NCBI GenBank assembly: GCA_002749285.1
Contig: PDPR01000011.1
Span: forward strand, 66,800-130,799
Length of the DNA stretch: 64,000 bases
Reading direction: 5' to 3'
DNA from: Maribacter sp.
GTDB taxonomy: Bacteria; Bacteroidota; Bacteroidia; Flavobacteriales; Flavobacteriaceae
The position numbers and the translations under genes were made by a program. Positions 60,230-64,000 of the stretch are shown here, one piece after another (position 1 is the first letter of the stretch; every line of letters starts with the position of its first letter). The notes beneath the pieces were generated by a model. The model worked only from the letters and a program-made list of their open reading frames with translations, made no database searches and had not been told where the DNA came from.

Positions 60230-60828
60230 GATACAATCATTTTAAGGTTAACAACTTTATCTTGTTTATCTTGAATGTTCTTACGTTCCGTATCCTGCAT
60301 TTTATATACGCCCCCGTTTACCGGTTTTCCGATAAATGGTCTTGGCCTATTATTTTCCTATCTCTTTTCCAAACTTCCATTTATTACTGTTACTAGATTA
60401 CCCATAACAACAGAAACCTTAGGTTGTAAAATCTGGAAATCGATTAAGTATGGGCAAATCGGATGCCAGACCTGAAAAATAGGGCCTAGGGGGTAATAGT
60501 TTTAAAACTATTTAAGAAAATCATCCGCCAATTATTAAAGTAGTATTAAAAAAAAGTGTCATAATGGCATTTGGAAAATGCCACTCTTTCATTGAGGGTC
60601 AATGGGACAACAATTGGATGATACCCAAATGGATAAGGGTTTTCCATAACGTATGTCCCGAAACTTTCGTAAAGTATTGCCCGTTTACCACTAGCGTATT
60701 GTCTGTTGCAATAAGGTTCAAAAGGGCAGATCATACATGCCTTTCTTGTGCCGATCCAACAGTTCTGTTTTGGTAATACAATAAGATATCGGTCTTGCCC
60801 TATTTGAAAAGAACTCCAAGCCTACCTA

Positions 60829-60937
60829 ATCAACAACCTCGACCCAAGGGTACGGGGCCTATTCCCGAAAGAACTTTTATCATTTCGGGTCGGGTCTTGG
60901 GGAATCAAACCCTTTTTGGCTATCGCAGTGCGATCAA
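60829..60937 (+). repeat. ~105-bp dispersed triple-hairpin repeat, copy 4
   Basis: ATCAACAACCTCGACCCAAGGGTACGGGGC...GGGGAATCAAACCCTTTTTGGCTATCGCAGTGCGATCAA. Confidence 0.9.
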
Positions 60938-60940
60938 AAC

Positions 60941-60970
60941 AAAAAGCCCGGACACGCTTGTGTCCGGGCC
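60941..60970 (-). terminator. intrinsic terminator of pyk
   Basis: GCCCGGACAC-gctt-GTGTCCGGGC stem with a minus-strand U-tract. Confidence 0.75.
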
Positions 60971-60991
60971 TCGACCATCAATAAGGTCTAT

Positions 60992-62437
60992 TTATTGGTA
61001 ATTACACGTCTTTATCTCGGTCACCCTTAAGGTGTTCACCATTCCCTTGTCCTTTATGGGCATCGCGGCCAAACTGATAAGCATGTCACCCTCTTCCAGA
61101 AACCCTTTTTTACAGGCAATGACATTCACATCCTCGATAGTCTCATCGGTCGAGACATATTTATCATAGTAAAAGGCCTTGACGCCCCAAAGTAGGTTCA
61201 ATTGGGTAAGGATCCTTCTATTGGAAGTGAACACCAAAATATAGGCACTAGGCCTCCATGCCGAAATTTGAAAAGCCGTATACCCACTATTGGTCAAGGT
61301 GGATATGGCTTTTGCCTTGATCTCATTCGACATGGTCGCGGCGTGATAACAGACCGATTTTGTAATATATCTATTGGTCCTGATATGTGGTGGCTCTTGG
61401 GGTACGACAATCAATTCCGAACTCTCGACACTTGACAGAATACTCGACATCCTCTGTATGACTTCGACTGGGTAATTGCCCACGGAGGTCTCTCCGGAAA
61501 GCATTACGGCATCGGCCCCGTCCATAACGGAGTTTGCCACATCATTGACCTCTGCCCTCGTGGGCGTAAGGCTGGTGATCATGGTCTCCATCATCTGTGT
61601 TGCGATTATAACAGGAATCCTGGCCCTTTTGGCCCTAAGCACTAATTTTTTTTGGATCAAGGGCACTTCATGTGCAGGAACCTCAACACCCAAATCACCA
61701 CGGGCAACCATTAGACCATCGCAATACGATACGATCTTATCGATATTTTCAACTGCTTCAGGTTTTTCGATCTTGGCAATGATCGGAATCTTATGTTGGC
61801 CGTGTTCCTTGATGATATTCTGTAGGTCGATGATATCCTGGCTATGTCTCACGAAGGACAATGCGATCCAATCAACATCCAATGAAATAGCAAAAATGGC
61901 ATCTTTCACATCCTTTTCGGTAAGTGCTGGTAGGGAAATGTCCGTATTCGGGAGATTGACCCCTTTTTTGGACTTTAAGGGACCCCCTTGGATCACCCTG
62001 GCACGTACCTTATCCTTATTATTGGTAGATATTACTTCGAACATCAGCTTGCCATCGTCCAATAAAATATGTTCCCCTGGGTTTACGTCCCTTGGGAAGG
62101 CTGCATAGTTCATGTATACCTTTTTGGAATTTCCCTCGAAAGGCTTCCCGGTAATAAAGTCAATCTCATCCCCTGGGGCGACAACTACCTCCTCGGCCAT
62201 TACACCTACCCGCAATTTAGGGCCTTGTAAATCGCCTAAAACAGCAATATTGGTCTCCATCTCCTCATTGACTTCACGAATCATTTTCACACGCTCCTTT
62301 ACATCTTCGTAATCGGCATGTGAAAAATTGATCCTAAATACATCAACCCCGGCCTTTATCATGTCGATAATCACTTCCTTTGTACTGGTAGCAGGACCTA
62401 AGGTTGCAACTATTTTCGTCTTTTTTGTCTTTGGCAT
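60992..62437 (-). CDS. pyk: pyruvate kinase
   Basis: TKIVATLGPA, RINFSH, DLQGPKLR, AKIE, MVARGDLGVE, PTRAEVND, MLSGET. Confidence 0.97.
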   Translation of the reverse strand: MPKTKKTKIVATLGPATSTKEVIIDMIKAGVDVFRINFSHADYEDVKERVKMIREVNEEMETNIAVLGDLQGPKLRVGVMAEEVVVAPGDEIDFITGKPFEGNSKKVYMNYAAFPRDVNPGEHILLDDGKLMFEVISTNNKDKVRARVIQGGPLKSKKGVNLPNTDISLPALTEKDVKDAIFAISLDVDWIALSFVRHSQDIIDLQNIIKEHGQHKIPIIAKIEKPEAVENIDKIVSYCDGLMVARGDLGVEVPAHEVPLIQKKLVLRAKRARIPVIIATQMMETMITSLTPTRAEVNDVANSVMDGADAVMLSGETSVGNYPVEVIQRMSSILSSVESSELIVVPQEPPHIRTNRYITKSVCYHAATMSNEIKAKAISTLTNSGYTAFQISAWRPSAYILVFTSNRRILTQLNLLWGVKAFYYDKYVSTDETIEDVNVIACKKGFLEEGDMLISLAAMPIKDKGMVNTLRVTEIKTCNYQ

Positions 62438-62440
62438 TAA

Positions 62441-62905
62441 TTAAAAAATTAAGTTGTTTCTTGATTTCAATATATCTGCATCCAAACTATATGCAGTGAT
62501 TATCTTAGGAACGGTCAATAAGTCTTTTACCAGAAAGGATGTGCTTAAATCATCATCGTGTCCGATCTTGATAAAATAATCGACCTCTTTATATTCTGGC
62601 ACTAAATGGTGTTCCGCAAATGAAGGATCATCTTGAAAAAGGCCATCCCGCGCCAAAAGTTCTTTCTTTATGCTCTTATTGGCAATCAATGTCCAATACC
62701 GATCATGTTGGTCGTCTTGCCATTCAAAAAAAGGAAATGACTTATATTCGGACAGTTCCAAATCTTTTGACGCCCTTACAAACGATGAACCGAGTACCAT
62801 ATTCAAGGCGTACACAATGGAATAGTCCCGCAGGGAACTATGTAATGCTATTAGGGTAAAGGATTCCTCATAGAAATCACCACTAATTTTATGCACTGTT
62901 GCCAT
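62441..62905 (-). CDS. IPExxxVDY family protein
   Basis: LVPEYKEVDYF motif; lies between rnc and pyk. Confidence 0.88.
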   Translation of the reverse strand: MATVHKISGDFYEESFTLIALHSSLRDYSIVYALNMVLGSSFVRASKDLELSEYKSFPFFEWQDDQHDRYWTLIANKSIKKELLARDGLFQDDPSFAEHHLVPEYKEVDYFIKIGHDDDLSTSFLVKDLLTVPKIITAYSLDADILKSRNNLIF

Positions 62906-63020
62906 ATGCGTACAAAGTGTAAATATATAATTAATAAAATATACAGCCTAAGCGACCATAACAACCTAAAGCTATTTTTATCAGAACAACAACGGTATAT
63001 TTTCAATATAATGTGCAATA

Positions 63021-63752
63021 TTAACCTATCCTATCCTGAAGCGCAAAAAATGCACGTTTTGAAGCGATCTCCTCAGCTTTCTTTTTAGATGTTGCCCGTG
63101 CTTTCCCGACAACTTTGTTCCCTATAGACAACTTTACGGCAAAATGTTTCAATTCATTCTTGCCAGTATCTTCATATACGTTGTAATCAAAGGATTTTTT
63201 TTGTTTCTGGCACCATTCTATAATCAAACTCTTATAGCTAATGACCTTACCTTCAAGTTGTTCTATATCAACATAAGGCCCAATTACCTTATCATGGATA
63301 AATTTCTCGCAATATCCATATCCCCGGTCCAGATAAATGGCCCCTACCAAAGCCTCAAAGACATTACCATGGATATTATCACCAAAATGGGTTTTGGGAA
63401 TCCTACTTTCTACAAGTCTGATCAAATCCAGATCCTTCCCAAGTTCGTTCAGATGCTTCCTGCTTACAATTTTAGAGCGCATTTTGGTCAAGTATCCCTC
63501 ATCACCTTCGGGCACTTCATTATATAAATGTCTTGAAATTATGGTCCCCAACATACTATCCCCTAAAAATTCGAGGCGTTCATAATTCATCGGGTTGCCT
63601 TTTTTATCCCTTCTATTTACAGATCGATGTAAAAAGGCCTTTTTATAAATTCCCAGTTTCTTCGGCTTGAAACCTAGAATATTCGTGATACCCAAAAAAA
63701 AATCCCCATCCTGTTTAGGATGGGAATTAAATATATTGAATGGGAAATCCAT
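63021..63752 (-). CDS. rnc: ribonuclease III
   Basis: NYERLEFLGDS, FEALVGAIYLD, dsRBD SKKKAEE. Confidence 0.96.
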   Translation of the reverse strand: MDFPFNIFNSHPKQDGDFFLGITNILGFKPKKLGIYKKAFLHRSVNRRDKKGNPMNYERLEFLGDSMLGTIISRHLYNEVPEGDEGYLTKMRSKIVSRKHLNELGKDLDLIRLVESRIPKTHFGDNIHGNVFEALVGAIYLDRGYGYCEKFIHDKVIGPYVDIEQLEGKVISYKSLIIEWCQKQKKSFDYNVYEDTGKNELKHFAVKLSIGNKVVGKARATSKKKAEEIASKRAFFALQDRIG

Positions 63753-63759
63753 GATATTA

Positions 63760-63999
63760 TTAACTGATTTTCTTAAAAACAATACATGCATTATGGCCAC
63801 CAAACCCGAAGGTATTGCTCATGGCAACATTCACTTCCCTTTTTTGCGCCTTGTTCAATGTGAGGTTAAGGCTTGGGTCAATATTCACATCGACCGTTGT
63901 ATGGTTTATCGTAGGTGGTACGATTCCGTGTTCTATTGACAATATCGAGGCAATTGCCTCGATAGCACCGGCTGCACCCAACAAATGCCCGGTCATTGA
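63760..63999 (-). CDS. fabF: beta-ketoacyl-ACP synthase II, C-terminal part (gene starts beyond window)
   Basis: [25 protein letters not shown]. Confidence 0.93.
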   Translation of the reverse strand, partial: SMTGHLLGAAGAIEAIASILSIEHGIVPPTINHTTVDVNIDPSLNLTLNKAQKREVNVAMSNTFGFGGHNACIVFKKIS

Positions 64000-64000
64000 T

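Noticed and set aside
60240-60820. Short ORFs between the lipoprotein gene and repeat copy 4
   Set aside because: Fragmentary frames with multiple stops; possibly a decayed gene but unassignable
6627-60937. The 105-bp repeats as a CRISPR array or tRNA
   Set aside because: Dispersed rather than tandem, no spacers or cas genes, no cloverleaf or T-loop consensus

Overview
A 64-kb chromosomal window from a marine-type Flavobacteriaceae bacterium (Maribacter/Arenibacter-like). This assignment is inferred from gene content and Bacteroidetes TAnnTTTG promoter boxes. Most of it is core genome: gpsA, pbpC plus alpha-2-macroglobulin, nbaC, an aldehyde dehydrogenase, class II RNR nrdJ, the moxR-DUF58-batABCDE operon, carbonic anhydrase plus SulP, pheS, dinB, pyk, rnc and partial fabF. 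Interspersed are eroded accessory patches: dead IS982 and IS630 elements, a palindromic MITE, an internally deleted IS200 element and several pseudogenes. No rRNA, tRNA or CRISPR array was seen. Four leads stand out. (1) An integron-like gene cassette at about 30.0-31.05 kb has an attC-like hairpin whose outer arm is complementary to the cassette's own 5' boundary; no integrase is in the window. (2) Four co-oriented ~105-bp triple-hairpin repeats have the same end architecture as the IS200 remnant, which encodes a 58-aa mini-TnpA. (3) A small membrane or secreted ORF ending in LPPPE heads the carbonic anhydrase-SulP operon and may be an arrest-peptide leader. (4) An SPFH/Zn-ribbon/phosphatase operon resembles the YdjI/YdjG module but lacks PspA. 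All calls were made by eye; no database searches were run.
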